Made by a program: the position numbers and the translations under genes. The notes under the pieces were generated by a model. It was not told the DNA's origin. It was given only the letters and a program-made list of their open reading frames with translations, and did no database searches. A stretch of 59,293 nucleotides of DNA, filler included, from Sphacelaria rigidula (Eukaryota): NCBI GenBank assembly GCA_964200075.2. It is 8 parts of 8 records of this genome, joined end to end, with 100 filler letters (N's around TTAATTAATTAA, not from the genome) between each part and the next. Parts side by side here need not be neighbours in the genome. Positions count along the whole stretch, not along the records: positions 1 to 7,325 come from CAXNAA020015439.1; positions 7,426 to 14,750 come from CAXNAA020015440.1; 6 more parts are not named here. The stretch is one strand, 5' to 3'. This document shows, one piece after another, positions 1-13,400 of this stretch (within the stretch, counting starts at the first letter, position 1; every line of letters begins with the position of its first letter).

Positions 1-8
1 ATTTCTTC

Positions 9-232
9 ACCTACTGATGGCTATTGACAACTGCTACACGCCATAGAAATTTGGATTTCGATCACCAAAATGTTGGGGTCCTAGGTGAAAAACCAATTTC
101 GAAACCATTTTGGCGTCCGTTCGGACACCCGTAATTCCCCAAAATTGGTTCTTCACTCAGGACCCCAACGTTTCGGTGATCGAAATCCAAAATTTTACGG
201 CGTGTAGCGGTTGTCAAGAGCTATCAGTAGGT
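9..232. mobile_element. Palindromic MITE-like foldback element
   Basis: Left arm ACCTACTGATGGCTATTGACAAC...GGATTTCGATCACC...TTGGGGTCCT is an imperfect reverse complement of right arm AGGACCCCAAC...GGTGATCGAAATCC...GTTGTCAAGAGCTATCAGTAGGT. Confidence 0.7.
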
Positions 233-346
233 AACGAGAAATGGAACTATATTTTGAAGATTTGGTGTGGATACGAAGATTTCAAGTCTCCGGGTTTCTC
301 ATCTCCAATTAAAGATCCATCCCCAAGTTGTAAGATCCCGTGTTTT

Positions 347-477
347 ACCCTGGACAAAAGAATACAGTCAAAAAGTGTACTGCGTTCAGTATCGACTATT
401 GCGCCTATTGCAACAGACAAAAGATTCCATACTGTATGCAGTGTATTTTTTCGACAACAGAATCTATTGTCCAGGGT
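347..477. mobile_element. MITE with ACCCTGGACAA...TTGTCCAGGGT terminal inverted repeats
   Basis: TIRs are visible. A second copy in the opposite orientation lies at about 3301-3438, and a near-perfect palindrome with similar ends at about 19586-19771. Confidence 0.65.
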
Positions 478-1539
478 GTGGTCAGATTGATGGGGTACGA
501 CCTCAAACTGCTGCGGTGTCGAGGCGAGCGAGATCATGTTTCGGAACAGATGCGGAGGAATCCCACAGGTGCTTTGTGCGTAATACTGCAGTGAACAAGG
601 ATCGCGTGATTTTCTTGTGCTTGTACTTTTACTTCTACATTACTGCATGACATCTGCTCTGAAATGCTCGTCCCGCGGAGCGCCTCCAGTGGCTGTTGTG
701 TCGTTATGTACTGCGAGGCGAGTAAAGGGCAAGCCATTTTTTGGGCAATTTGGGTACGGCCTCAGACATTCTACCCAAATTTAGGGTGAAAACTCTCAGC
801 AATACCTGGGATAGAGTATCACTTGGGTATGGCCTCATTACTCTACCCAAATTTAGGGTAAGGTCGCGCATCGTGGCACATCATTTTACTATCGTTCAAA
901 AAGTGGGGCGAAATTGATCTGAGTGAGTTCGTCCACTTCTCGCGAATTGGGTCCAAACGAATTTGCAAGAGTTCCGATCGAGAAAAGACGGTGAAATTCA
1001 TAAAGCGGCATTTGCTCTCTTGTTGACAGTACAGTACTGTACCGTTCGCTGTATGCATTCCGTGTGCCTGAGGGCACATATGCGTGTTTCGTACAGTAGC
1101 TTGTGAAAAAGGAGGGGAGCAACGTGCAGTGCGGACAGCGCAGGACTGGACTGTCTGTACTGTCTGCTTTCAGTGCGACATAAAAAGGACTCAAACAACG
1201 TGCGGCTTTGTACGGCCTGCACTGTTCACGAGTGTACGCAAGTCGGTCGTCCACCCCACCACGCATTTCCGCCGCCGATCCCTACCATGAAAAATATGCT
1301 CAGGCTTTCGCCAACAAAAAATAAGCACATCATAGCCAGCTACTACAGTGTATCTATTGTATTCCTGTGCCGAACTCGTGCTCTATGCTGCAGGATTGCG
1401 GTGGTAGCTGAGAATGAGTCGTGTGGGGATTGCATGACTCTGTGAACTGGTAGTATCTAGCGTGGTGGTCTGCAAGATAGGAGTCGAGGGTCCCTCCGTA
1501 CCTTTCCTCCGCGTGTTCTCGATCGAAAAAGCCAAGGGC

Positions 1540-1950
1540 AGGTCGGGTAGGGTATGTACTTTTGAATGCTCGGGTAAAATACCCGAGTATATACTCTACC
1601 CAAGATTTGGGTAGATTGGGTACGACCTCAAATGCTCTACCCAAACATTGGGTAAGCACCCTCAGCAATACCGGAGTATAGATTATCACTTGGGTATGAC
1701 CTCAACACTCTATCCAATTTTGTGTAGATTGAGGACGGCCTTAATACTCTACCCATATTTTGGGTAGATGGGGTACGACCTCAAATACTCTACCCACATA
1801 GTGGGTAAGCACTCTCAGCAATACCTGGGAGTAGAGTATTACTTGGGTACGATTTATAATACTGTGCCCATATGTTTGGGTACCAAGAGTATGACTATTG
1901 AAAAATACCGAGTATTGGGCATATCCTACCCGACCTGCCTTTGAAATTTT
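1540..1950. repeat. Degenerate TTGGGTACGACCTCAAATACTCTACCCA tandem repeat family
   Basis: The unit recurs several times here, and also at about 740-865 and about 36140-36195. Confidence 0.65.
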
Positions 1951-2226
1951 GACCCCTACGCATTCCGTCGGGGTGTGACGCCGCGATAACCCCCCTCAAA
2001 CCAGCCCCAAAACGGATATGAAGAAAATGGTCATACAGCGCACGATTCCTTTGCTGGTTTCAGGCTTACATGGAGCGCCTCATAGGAGCGACATAGGCGG
2101 GGTGGTTGGGGGGGGGCTATCGCGGCAACAGCCCAAAATGTACGAAAATTCACAGATGTTGCTCTGCACCATCCCCCAATGCCGATTGTTTATCGTTTTT
2201 GCTGGGGGCACCGCGCGGCCGTTCAG

Positions 2227-4604
2227 ATCGACGAAGCTCTTTTCACGGATGGTGGTGGGAAAGGCGAGCAGAGTAACGCGATTTCGGCGGTATCCAAAGC
2301 GATCCGGGAAGCTTACGTGGCAGCCGAAGGGGAAGAGCCGGATCACGAGAAGGGCAGCTACAGCAAATTCGACGTGGATGTACGTACGGAAACGGCGAAG
2401 AGATTTGTGTGTATGTGTGTCTTGGGTGTGTGTTGTGGTTTAGAGAGAAAGGGATTGCCGGGAGACAAGAAAAAAAAAAGGTGGTGCAGAGTAGGGAAGA
2501 AGAAAATAAGTGAGAAGAAAGTATATATGGGCATGGAGTCGTGCACAGTGTGGGGAGAAATAATTAATCAATATAGTAACGTATACGTGTGATTAATTGT
2601 GTAAATACGTGTAAAGTTGTGAGGGTGAGTGGAGAGGGGAAAGAATGAATGAATGAGTTTACGGATCTGGAGTCGTGCAGAGTGTGTGCAACATCGCTTT
2701 TTTTTTTTTCCAGTCCGTGATTATGTTGTTGGGTGTTGGTGCTGTCTATCTCTGGTGTTCGTGTTTTTGGCATTTGTTGTTGTCGGTGTAGTTGCTTCTG
2801 TTGCTGCTAAGCAATGCTACGGTAGGGGTGCACTTTTTGCGCAAAATGTTGTCTGATTCAGGGGCTCCTCACGATTCTAGATGCATACCAATAGGGGTCA
2901 GGGCATCGCCGTTTGCAAATCCATTCGGGGTAATCCTGGCGTACTCTACTATATGTCAGAAGTCGTGTTTTGGATGAGATGAAGGGTTTCTAACAGTTCT
3001 AACCTCAGAAATTATCTGTGCGCCCCTACCGTAGCATCACTTTGCTATTGTTTATTGGTGATGCTAACAATGATGCTGCTGTGCATAGGGGCGATGTTCA
3101 TGATGTTGGTGTGTCTGCCGTTGTTTTTCCAAAGCCGTCGGTTATGCAGGTTCCCCCTTCCGGCGGGGAGTACGATCTCGTCTGCATGCTCATGTCCGCG
3201 TGCGCTGTTTCTCTACGCCTCTGCTGCACATGTGCATTATATACCGCGTTTGCCCCTTCTCAGCCCGCCGTATTCTCCCGCGTCGCAGATGTTATGATCG
3301 CACACCCTGGGCAATAGATTCTGTTTGAAAAAAAATGTACTGCGTACAGTACAGAATCTGTGGTTTGTTGCAATGGGCACAAAAGCTGATGCTGTACGCA
3401 GTACACTTTTTGACTGTGTGTTCTATCGTCCAGGATATGTATGATTGCCCAGCGACGTAGCTGAGCTGAGCCCCCTATTATATAGATTCGTCGTTGTGCG
3501 TCATCCCGAGAGGCCAGTTCACCACTTGGGATGGTGAGAAATTCCTCAGAAAAGTATAACTTCGAACAAACTATAACACCAACACTAACCGTAACCCTAA
3601 CCCCAACGAAGGCACACCGAGAACCCTCGGGCGTGGGGATGGAGAGTTTTACGTAGGCAAAGGGTGCGTTGGCAGAGCTCAAATCGGCACCCCAGGCGCC
3701 GATTTCGACCAAAACGCGTTCTGCGCAAGCTAGGAGCACGATTGGAGCATAGCCCCATTAACCCTTTTGGGACCGGACTCCCAGAAGCATTGTGTTTGCA
3801 CGCAGGGCTCTTTTTGATACTCGGTATCATCGTCAGTTTTTTCCAAATAAAACTGATGCCGATTCACCAGAAGGCCCTTCCGTGCAAACACCATGTTTCT
3901 GGGAGTCCGGTCCCAAAAGGGTCAGAGATTCGGAGTTCGTTGTTCATACTGAAATCAAGTCGAACTATATGAGAAATTTCTCACCATCCCAAGTGGTGAA
4001 CTCTGCTGCATCCTGAGGTGTAAAATTGTTCGGCACCTCAGCATACTGCAGTGACACGCTGGAACAAGACACTTGAAATGTCATGTGGCCACTGTACTTG
4101 TTGTCTGCAGCTATTTTGTCATGTACTCTACTAAGCAATGTCCAAGGCGAACCTCTTGTATTGTCGAGGGCCCGTGGTCCCTGGGGGCACGTGCGCCATG
4201 TCTGCGGCATGTAGAGTGGGGGAGGCGATGTCTTCCTCGGTCGCTTTATTCGCACTACTTCTGGCGTTCCATGTCTGAAGAGTCTAATAGTTCTCTCGAG
4301 TCGCACTACTTCTGGTGTTCTACGGCTGAAGAGTCCGAGTGATCTCTTGAGTCGCACTATTTTCCACGCTCGAACACGCCACACACGACGATATATATCC
4401 ACCTGAGGTCTCGAGTTTGATGCCCGATGGCACCCCCCCACCGCTCATTTCCGTCCTCTCGTTTCTCGTCTTCTCATTTCCTGGGTTTTGAATATTTTCT
4501 GGTTTGGCGTCTTGCAGATGACCCTGAAGAAGTTGTTCAACAAACGCATGCGAGAGCTCGTGAAGGAGCGCGGCGTGCGATGCGACGGCCGAAAGATCGA
4601 CGAG
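2227..4604 (+). CDS. PNP: Polyribonucleotide nucleotidyltransferase (PNPase), two internal exons (partial gene)
   Basis: Exons 2227-2379 (cag|...|gtacgt) and 4518-4604 (cag|...|gtttgt), both phase 0, splice to IDEALFTDGGGKGEQSNAISAVSKAIREAYVAAEGEEPDHEKGSYSKFDVD-MTLKKLFNKRMRELVKERGVRCDGRKIDE. This fits the PNPase alpha-helical domain leading into the RxDGR motif that opens the second RNase PH domain. Other exons were not found on this contig. Confidence 0.8.
2814..3037. mobile_element. MITE with ATGCTACGGTAGGGG...CCCCTACCGTAGCAT TIRs
   Basis: Perfect 15-bp TIRs. A homologous copy in inverted orientation lies at 21203-21455. Confidence 0.75.
3575..3745. repeat. Dispersed repeat carrying degenerate telomeric (CCCTAA) units
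   Basis: AACCCTAACCCCAAC..AGGCA.ACCGAGAACC...GGCGCCGATTT.GAC is shared, as the reverse complement, with about 18520-18715. Confidence 0.65.
3762..3921. mobile_element. piggyBac-like MITE
   Basis: Long TIRs CCCTTTTGGGACCGGACTCCCAGAA...TTCTGGGAGTCCGGTCCCAAAAGGG with CCC/GGG termini. TTAA sits on the left flank; the right flank is degenerate. Confidence 0.65.
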
Positions 4605-4689
4605 GTTTGTTGTGCTCTTCCTGATTCTATCCAGATCTCCAGCTATGATCGACCCCTGCTTGTCGCACCCAGTGTACCCTCTGTACGCT

Positions 4690-5060
4690 AAGTGCCACTC
4701 CCGTACCTAATTACAACCCTAAGGTTAACCCTTAAGTTATATATGCCAGCCCCGCACGCTAAACCTCACCCCTGGTTTGCTAAGAATCACCCCCAACGTC
4801 AAATGTTATCTCCGCACGCTGAACATTACCCACCGCATGCCAAGTATCACCCTCATTCGCCATATATCACTCCGATACACCAAATACCTCCTCCGCACGC
4901 TAACTACCACCCCCCGGTACGCTCGATACCATCCCCATACCCTGAATACTCACCTTTGATGCCAAATACCACCTCCATACGCTGATTATTGCGTCCACCC
5001 GCTATGTACCACTCCCATACGCCGAGTACCATCCCATACGCCAAATTTAACCCCATACGG
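4690..5060. repeat. Degenerate short-period tandem repeat (CCCCATACGCCAAATATCA-like)
   Basis: Repeated C-rich units of about 21 bp give rise to spurious P/H/Y-rich ORFs. Confidence 0.6.
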
Positions 5061-5246
5061 CGAAGACCTGGAACACGAAAAAAATGAAAACTAAGAGCGG
5101 TATTTTTTTGTTCACGTTTCGCACCCTAACGTTGCGTGCGGTACTGTCCCCGGGAACGTTGCGTTTTATGCCCCCCATCCCTCACTTTTTCTTCGTCGCG
5201 ACCTTCTCACCGGTATCCACGTTGCAACGGCTGGCCATTTCTTGGT

Positions 5247-5277
<31 letters not shown>

Positions 5278-7325
5278 AACGGCTGGACTCGTCGGGGGTC
5301 GGTTCATGTGCGACAGTATAATAGAATCAAGAAGCTACACTAAATAGCACTCCCTAGGTAAATGAGTACATTGGTTCTCAAGAACTGATTACTTGACGTG
5401 GGAGGGTCGTGCGGTACCGCATTCGTCCTTTGGTCCTGGCAGTATGGGCCTCAACCTCATGAGGACTTTTTTGCCACCAAACTCTCGTTCTCACGTTTTT
5501 TAAATGATCAAAACCAGAGGACAAACCACTCTACTGTACATAAAAAATGTTCTAATGCTGTTGGGAGAATCGGCCCCTGACTACATTAGTGGGCGGTCTA
5601 ACTATATTCATTTTGTGGCATTTTGTGATTTTTTCGTAATTGGCGATTTTCTTGGGCTCTTTTCGCTTGCCACCGCTTGTCACACTGGGGATCCAAGATA
5701 CTTGTATCCGCTCCACAATCCAAGAAAAAGACAACATTCGTAGAGGATTACAGATCCATGTGCGTTCGAAATATATATCATCTGTACTCAATATTGAATG
5801 ACTTACGGGCTAACCGGTCATCGAGGGTGCTGCCACATTTCGGCCCAGATTCTTACTAATCTGTATTTTCGCAGCCCGTCCCGATCAAATTTGTGAAGAA
5901 ATGTCCAGTTTTATTTTTTTGAAATTCTACCTACTCACTGCACGGAAGCCGAAAAGCAGTGTTTCACGGTCGATTACACCCTCCTGTTAAACGGGTTATT
6001 TACTCGTATCGCCCGATAACACCAACTAACACTGACTTGGGCACTGTGTTTCGAGGGTGCTCTGTTTATTGTACCAAAATCTACCTACGCTAGCAATTTC
6101 TAGTGCTATCAAAGAGTTGTACGCGAGGAAAACCCTCAAACAACCCCTGAATAGTTAGACCGCCCACTACTGTACAGTGTTTTTCTATGTACAGTACTAG
6201 TATGACCACCGAAGCACAGCGGCTTACTACTGAACCCCCCTCCGATGCTCTTATTCCTACTGGTAGTATCACTCACCTGCGTTTTACTCCGTAGTGGGGC
6301 AGGGAGCATCCTTTCCCCCCTGCAAATATATGCTAGATGAAACTCCGTGAATGTAGATGAGACGTTCCGACGGCGATGCCGTCTCCGCTGCCGCGGTCCC
6401 TCGGTGGTCCACAACGAGTAAGGAAATGGATTTCCAGCAGACGCAGTACATGGCGTAGAAGACAAAGTGCGGCCGCTGAAATCATGGATTCCGCGGGTCG
6501 GATAAATCAATGATTTGTCTGGAAATCACTTGATTTTAGTGTAATTTTGTCGTACCGTATGAATCAATCCTTCGGCTTCGTTTTCAGTCTTGCAGCTCAG
6601 GCACGCGTAGCCCAGGCACGTGGAAGGGCGCAAACATTGCGCGGAGACCCTTCCAACGGGCGGTCAAGTTTTTTTTTCTCTCTTTTTCGAGCAATCAGAC
6701 CTGAAATATCGTGGATTTGGTGATTCGAACCGGCGATGATTCGTCCGAACTGTGAAGATTCCATTAGTTATTCTCTTTGGTACGTCAAGTGACGGTACGA
6801 AACGCACCCGTCCTTCGCCTGGCTGCTGTATGCTGACAGGTGCGACCAATCACCATCGAGACGTCGCTGCTGCCTCGGACACACGGATCGTGCCTCTTCA
6901 CGCGGGGAGATACTCAGGTAGATCGAGAGAGCAGATTATTTAAACTGCACCCGGGTATGGTATGCCATTAGTATGTTAATTAAAAAAAAAAACGCGGCGT
7001 TGAAATGACACTTCGTGTTCTTGATGTTTTACCTCGGATACGCAATGTGTTTGTGGCCGCGCCTGGGTTTATCTATGGCGGACCAGGGAGTGTGCTACAA
7101 TTCAGTCATCGATCAATACAGTGAGTTGCAATCAGAGCCTTTTCATTCGATGACGGGACGGGACGACAAATCTGAGAGTTCTTCACACGTTGAACAGCTC
7201 GTGAGCTACGTAAACATTGCTTTTTGATAGTGTAGCGATCCAGATCATGAGCTATAGTAGCTCATTTGACCCCCTTCCCCCCCCCCCCCCCCCCCACCCC
7301 CCCCCCCGCCCCCCCCACCACACCC

Positions 7326-7425
7326 NNNNNNNNNNNNNNNNNNNNNNNNNNNNNNNNNNNNNNNNNNNNTTAATTAATTAANNNNNNNNNNNNNNNNNNN
7401 NNNNNNNNNNNNNNNNNNNNNNNNN
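7326..7425. other. Artificial contig linker (N44-TTAATTAATTAA-N44); also at 14751-14850, 22176-22275, 29600-29699, 37024-37123, 44448-44547 and 51871-51970
   Basis: Identical 100-bp spacers with stops in all six frames. The intervening segments never increase in length (7325 down to 7323 bp). Confidence 0.97.
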
Positions 7426-7480
7426 CCCCCCCCCCACGCCCCCCGCCCCCGAATGATGGGGAATGGTACGTGTCTCTCAG

Positions 7481-10400
7481 GTGTGTTGTCCAAGGAGCTA
7501 TGCGAGCTGCACCAGTTGCAGTCTCTGCATGTCAACAAGAACCACATAGCAGGTATACCTTCGAGCTGCACAGATCAACCGATTAAGGGGGCGTGATACT
7601 ACTACGATCCAAAAAGAGTAGCGACGAGTACTAGGTAGTCCATGTATCGGCCTCTACTTATCCCGCTCATGGTCGTACCAATGCAGATAGCCTGAGAATA
7701 TACCATAAACCCTACCTACGCACACTCATAGGTACATCGGTTTGGGTCTACGGCTAGGGTTAGCTGGAGGTTGCGGGGCAGAGAGAGAGAGGTTGGTCAC
7801 GAGGTCTTGTACACATGCCTGCACTCGATTGGCTCAAGGCACGGACAACTACAGCATGATATCAACCATGACTTTGGGTGCCTTAGCGCAGATCCCTCTG
7901 TGTACGTAACTTGACGACGGTTTCCTCCGGAAAAATACACGCCCAAAACCATGTTTGTTATGTCCGCATAAACTCTGCCACTTCGGGCAACAGTACACAT
8001 CTCCCTCTATCGCGCGTTGGCTCTGTATCTTTTCCCAGGCCACATCCCGGAAAGAATTGGGAACCTTAGCAAGCTTGAGTCGCTATGCCTGGACCACAAC
8101 GAAATTGAAGGTGGGAACCACGAATCAGTTCACACGTTGGACAGCCCGTGAGCTACCTCATCTATAGACGGTAGCCCACTGGTGGTCAAACATGTACAGA
8201 TGAGCCACGCCCGATAGCTCACCCAGGGGTAAATATGCGTGAGTAAGGGCATTTGTTGTCGACGCAGTTTTTTCGGAGATCGCCAAGATTTTAGGCGTTT
8301 TCGCCCCTTGTGCTTGGTGTTCTCCGAACATGAAGCGGCTAGATTTTTCCACCAAGCCTTCACGTTTGGCGAACGCCGAATATTCCGGACCGTAGCGCAA
8401 TACTTCGCAGAGCTGCCCTTGGCGCACGCCGTGGCGCTCGCAAGCATTAGGAGTCTTGCTAGAGACACCCTGGGCTATGTCGCAGAGTGAAAAGCACCGC
8501 GGGTTGGCGATATCTATCTCCTTAGACTGTGTGCCCCGGCAGCGGTGTTGGAGCTTTTGGGGTCAAGCACGGTGGTCGTCGCTTGCACACATACGCACTT
8601 TCGAAGTGAAGAGCAGAAATAATCCAGTAGCTACCTACTTGCCTGCAGTGCTGCTACGAGTGTACGCTACCGCACCGTCTGAAAAGTGTATAGCTGGTGG
8701 TTTTGTTTGGTGTATCTGCGCATGATACTCACAGAAAGCAAGCATGCTGCAATCTATGCACGGAGCTTTCTATGGTCGGTATTTTTACTCATGTATGCTG
8801 CTGCAGCATCCCGAGAGAGCCGGTCGATCACGCCCTAGCCTGTCCGACTACCCCCCCGGGTCACAGAGAGGTTGCGAGAAAGATGTCCACGACACTTATG
8901 AACGCCATACACGGGCAGGTAGCACAACCTTGTCCTTTATTTTGCCGGCGAAGGCAAGCAAACGACGAGATCAGCACCATCTGCAATGAGATATCAGACA
9001 GCAACAGTAGATCTACATCATAATGGGCCTCGGATGATTGCCGAAATTTCAGACCTTCTCCCATTTTTTTTATTTGTCGATAAGCTGCGGATTGGTTGCT
9101 CACCCAGGACAAACATGCGTCGCTCATGTAGCTCACATAATCCACACTGACCAAAGATGCGTAGCTCACGCCACTTTCACAGCTCAACCAGGGCGAACAT
9201 GCGTAGCTCATGTAGCTTTCATAGCACATCCAGGGCGAACATGCGCTGGTGAGCTGCGTTCGGTAGCTCACCCAGGGCAAACACGCGTAGCTCATGTAGC
9301 TATCATAGCGCATCCAGGGCAAACACGCGCAGATGAGCTACGTCCGGTAGCTCACCCAGGGAAGATATGCGTTGCTCATGTAGCTCTCATAGCTCTGTGG
9401 AGCTACGCCCATGAGAGCTCTCTCGAGCTACAGGGAGCTGACCTGTCCGTCTTGTACAAAAGTATCAACGCTTTGCGCACCGGACCTCGTTTCGGTACAT
9501 CAGGCCTGCAGTCCTGCGGGATATGTGCAACCGTTTACTGCACTGAAATCAAATATGTACTGCACTAAAAATTTAGTATCTGAACGACATGGAGTGCAGA
9601 CAACGCAGTACTATCTGTACTATCTGCACATAGTACGGTGTACTGTGGATGCGACTTTGCGCACAGCACAGCGGCTGTAAGGAAAACGTTCCGAATAACG
9701 TGCAGTGCAGGCAGTCTACAGTGTCTGTGGACAGTAGTACAGCGGTTTGCAGACAACGTGTTTTGGCACCGCGGTGCATGCGGCGGTGCAAGAGAAATGA
9801 TTAATGATGTTTTGCCTGTGTTTCACTCGTGCCACGGATATCCCAAAAACATTCACCGGCGAATAATACAGAACACAGATATTTGAATGCTCTCATATGT
9901 CAACGTGCATGGGCACCGAGGCAGCAACAGCACCTCTCACCTGGCGCTCAGTCTTGAGGAACCATGCGTAGCTCTCACATGTGTGTAGCTCAACCCAGGA
10001 AAACATGTGCGGGTGAGATGCGTCGGGTAATTCGCCCAGGGCAAACATGGGTAGCTCATGTAGGTCTCCTGGCTCACCCAGCGCAAGCATGCGTAGCTCA
10101 TGCAGCTCTCATATCTTACCCAGGGCGAACATGAGCGAATGAAGTACGTCCGGCAGCTCACTCGGGGCAAACAGTAGTAGCTCATGTAGCTCTCATAGAT
10201 CACACAGGGCGAATATGAGCTGACGAGCTACGTCCCGCAGCTCACCCAGGGCAAACATGCGCGAATGAGCTACGGGTTGGTAGCTCACCCAAGGCAAACA
10301 TGCGTAGCTCACGTAACTCCCATACCTCCCCCAGCGAAAATATGCGTGGCTCATGTAGCTCTCAGTGCTCTGTAGGGAGCTACGCTAAGAACGAGCTAGC

Positions 10401-13400
10401 TTGAGCTACACGAAGCTGATCTATCCGACGTGTGAACTAGTTGGAGGACCTGGCTTACAGCATCACATGCCGGGTGATAGATTCATACACCCTCTCGTCA
10501 TGATTAACATATAGCCGTGGGTCCACTTTGGGATCAATGTTTGGAGGGTGATCCTCATCCCGGGCGCACAGATATTGAGAGCACACGATGATGATGGATG
10601 CTTAAGCGGTGCCGACGAAGACACGAAGGCAAGAGCTTCAGGAGAAGCCCCGTCATAACCCAACAAAGTCGGCAAAGCCAATGTTGGTTGTAATCTTGCG
10701 TGTGGATCGAGTTGAACCCCATTAACCTATGTTGCCTTCTTGCACTTTCACCCTCGATGAGTATATGCAGTAGTCTCAAGGGAGCAACCATGATTCCCCT
10801 CGTGCCTGCCTCGCCCTTCATAATGGAGCATTGGATGATGACTGCTCCCGCAGCCGGCCGCCTTCCATCAAATTTTTCTGCCAGGTAGTGCTCTCACGTT
10901 GTCGGACGACGGAAACCAAGAAATGGTAATGTCGGGATTCGAAGTGACGAGTATTCGCCGAAGCTAACGATACGAGTGCTAGTTTGGCTGACCAATAGGG
11001 CGCGGCGGCAACGTTGAAAGCCGCGAGTAAACAGAACCGTGTGAACACCGGATTCCCGTGGCGACTATGTAGCCATACTTGACGAGCAAGCTGGCAAGTT
11101 GTTATGCACTTGCGTACATTCCACACTGAAGGCTAAGGACCAACTTGTCTCCCATTTTCCCCGACAGTGCACGAACACCCTCCAATTCCTTGCAGGTGCT
11201 ATCCCCAAAAGCGTCGGCGCGCTGAGCGAGCTGAAAAGGCTTTCTCTTTCGGACAACAAGATCTCTGGTGAGATTCCGACTGTCTGTGTCCGGTTCTTGA
11301 GCATTCAGAACCTAGCACCGTAGCTTACAAAAGAAGATCTTTGCGCTTCCTCCCTGGGCGCGTGGATAAACGTGAAGCCGTCGTGAGTATACAAAGCTCG
11401 GAGTTTTAGGCACGACTAGCTTAGCGGTAATAGTTTCTGGTCCTAGTATGTAGGGTGAAGTTCACAATACAATGGAGGACCGGCACGACGTTTGTCGCAG
11501 GTTGTCGACTGGTGCTCTTCCTCGGTAACCTCTCGGCTCACGCCGATACGAGACATTTGCCTAGTAGGGGACATCTGTGTGTGTAGATTGTGGCTGTGTT
11601 ACTCATGATATTGGTGCCCCCATGACGAGTACGATACCTATAGCTGAGATGGCGGGCCATGGTAGCAGTGTGCAAAGGAAATTTTGATGTAGAACTGCGT
11701 CAAAGTTGATGGTTCGGGGTGCAGCATTGGAGGCGGCTATACTGAGGACCCTACGCTGACAGCGTGTTTCGGGAGGATGCTATTACTAGCCTAGCCATAG
11801 ATGGCATGGCAGGATACTTTCCTACGCTGAGATCTCAACCACATCGGCGCCGCTACCTCTTCGCAATGCTCGTGCTATTCGACTCTCAAAGGACCTTTCG
11901 CAGCGGAGCTCTGCCAGCTGAGCGCTCTGCAACACTTGGACATGACGAACAACAACATCTCGGGTAAGATACGCCCTGGGTGTAAGCACGCGATGCACTC
12001 CGTCACTCCGGATGTTTGTGAAGTTGCTACTGGGGATTGAGCGTGAAACCATGTAGCAGAACATGACGAGGGATGCTGTATGACGTTGCCCAGAAAACTA
12101 GTGGTAACGTTCGCCGACGGCATCACACGGGTTGCCGTAGTTACCCTGAGGAGTACGCGTATCGAAGCGGTTCACTTCCAATAGTCAATGTCACCGCAAC
12201 GTCCAACGTCGTATGTACATTGCCAAACCTCACCGCATCATGGAAGTTATGAATGAATGCCCACCGTCTGGCAATCTGTGTACATTCACTCGCAATTTCT
12301 TCCGGTGGGAAAACATTCCTGCACTGTGTTGACCCTACCCCGTCGGTTGCTGTCTATTACAGGTGAGATTCCCTCCTCCGTTGGAGATCTTGTGCCACTC
12401 CAAATTCTCCTCCTGGACAATAACAACCTCAAAGGTGAGGACTGCAACAGACGTGCTAGGAAAGTACATTTGTTTGATGCCTGAAGTACAAGCTTTTCCC
12501 CGTGGTGGGTTCGCGCATAGTCTCCGCTTCGATCAGTTCACTACTCAATGTACGAAGATCGACCCGAGTGAAATGTTGAATGCGCAACACCTGGAATAGC
12601 CACACCGTCGTGACTGTGAAGTCTTGTACGGTAGCAATACAATTCGGGGTGGATGTGTTCCGCATCACGACTGATGAAGGCGGCCGGGCCTACGGACACT
12701 CAACCTGCCAAATATGTACCGACATCGGACTGTCGGAGTGAAATCCGATTCTGCCCCATCGTAGGATAGTGGATATCACGGCCATGACCAACTAGCTATA
12801 CCGTAGGGGCAAAATTACCGGGAATAGTTGCAGCAAAAAACTTGAGTAGGGTGCTGATGTCCTGTACGTAGCTTACAATCGCAGCCGCACCCGGTTTCCG
12901 GAATAGCACGCCGAGGAAGCTTCGTCGCACTACTTTGTTTCGCTTCGCCCGCTGCACAACGCGCGCCCGTGCCGGCAGGCCCCATCCCAGACAGCCTTGG
13001 TAACCTGATCAAGCTCAAGCATCTGTCGATGTCATCCAATGAACTCTCGGGTAAGTGTCACGAACTAACGAACAAATCCAGCGAATTGTTTGTTGGCATT
13101 GGAAATATATGCTGATAATATATGTATTCGTTCGTTCTGTGCATTTCTCAGTTTTCGGGTCTTAAACCATGAGAAACACTGACGGGGAAGCGGTTGGTGG
13201 CGGTAGGGGAAGCAGAAAATAATACAGGCCCGCTGGCGGTCGAAAAGCCCCGTTGGGTGGTTTTCCCGACGAGATCGTGACACCACACCCCTGTGGCAAC
13301 TGGAAAGCATGACGTTCTCATGGTATTCGAATATGTGTTACGCATACGTGTCTGCTCAGCTTTGTTCTACTGGCAAGGAGTCATCCTACGATAGGGGGGG

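Noticed and set aside
7370-7382. Periodic TTAATTAATTAA motif every 7.4 kb or so
   Set aside because: It is embedded in N runs and is an artificial six-frame-stop linker.
9038-9568. 176-aa ORF with AHPGQT repeats
   Set aside because: It is the translation of an intronic tandem DNA repeat.
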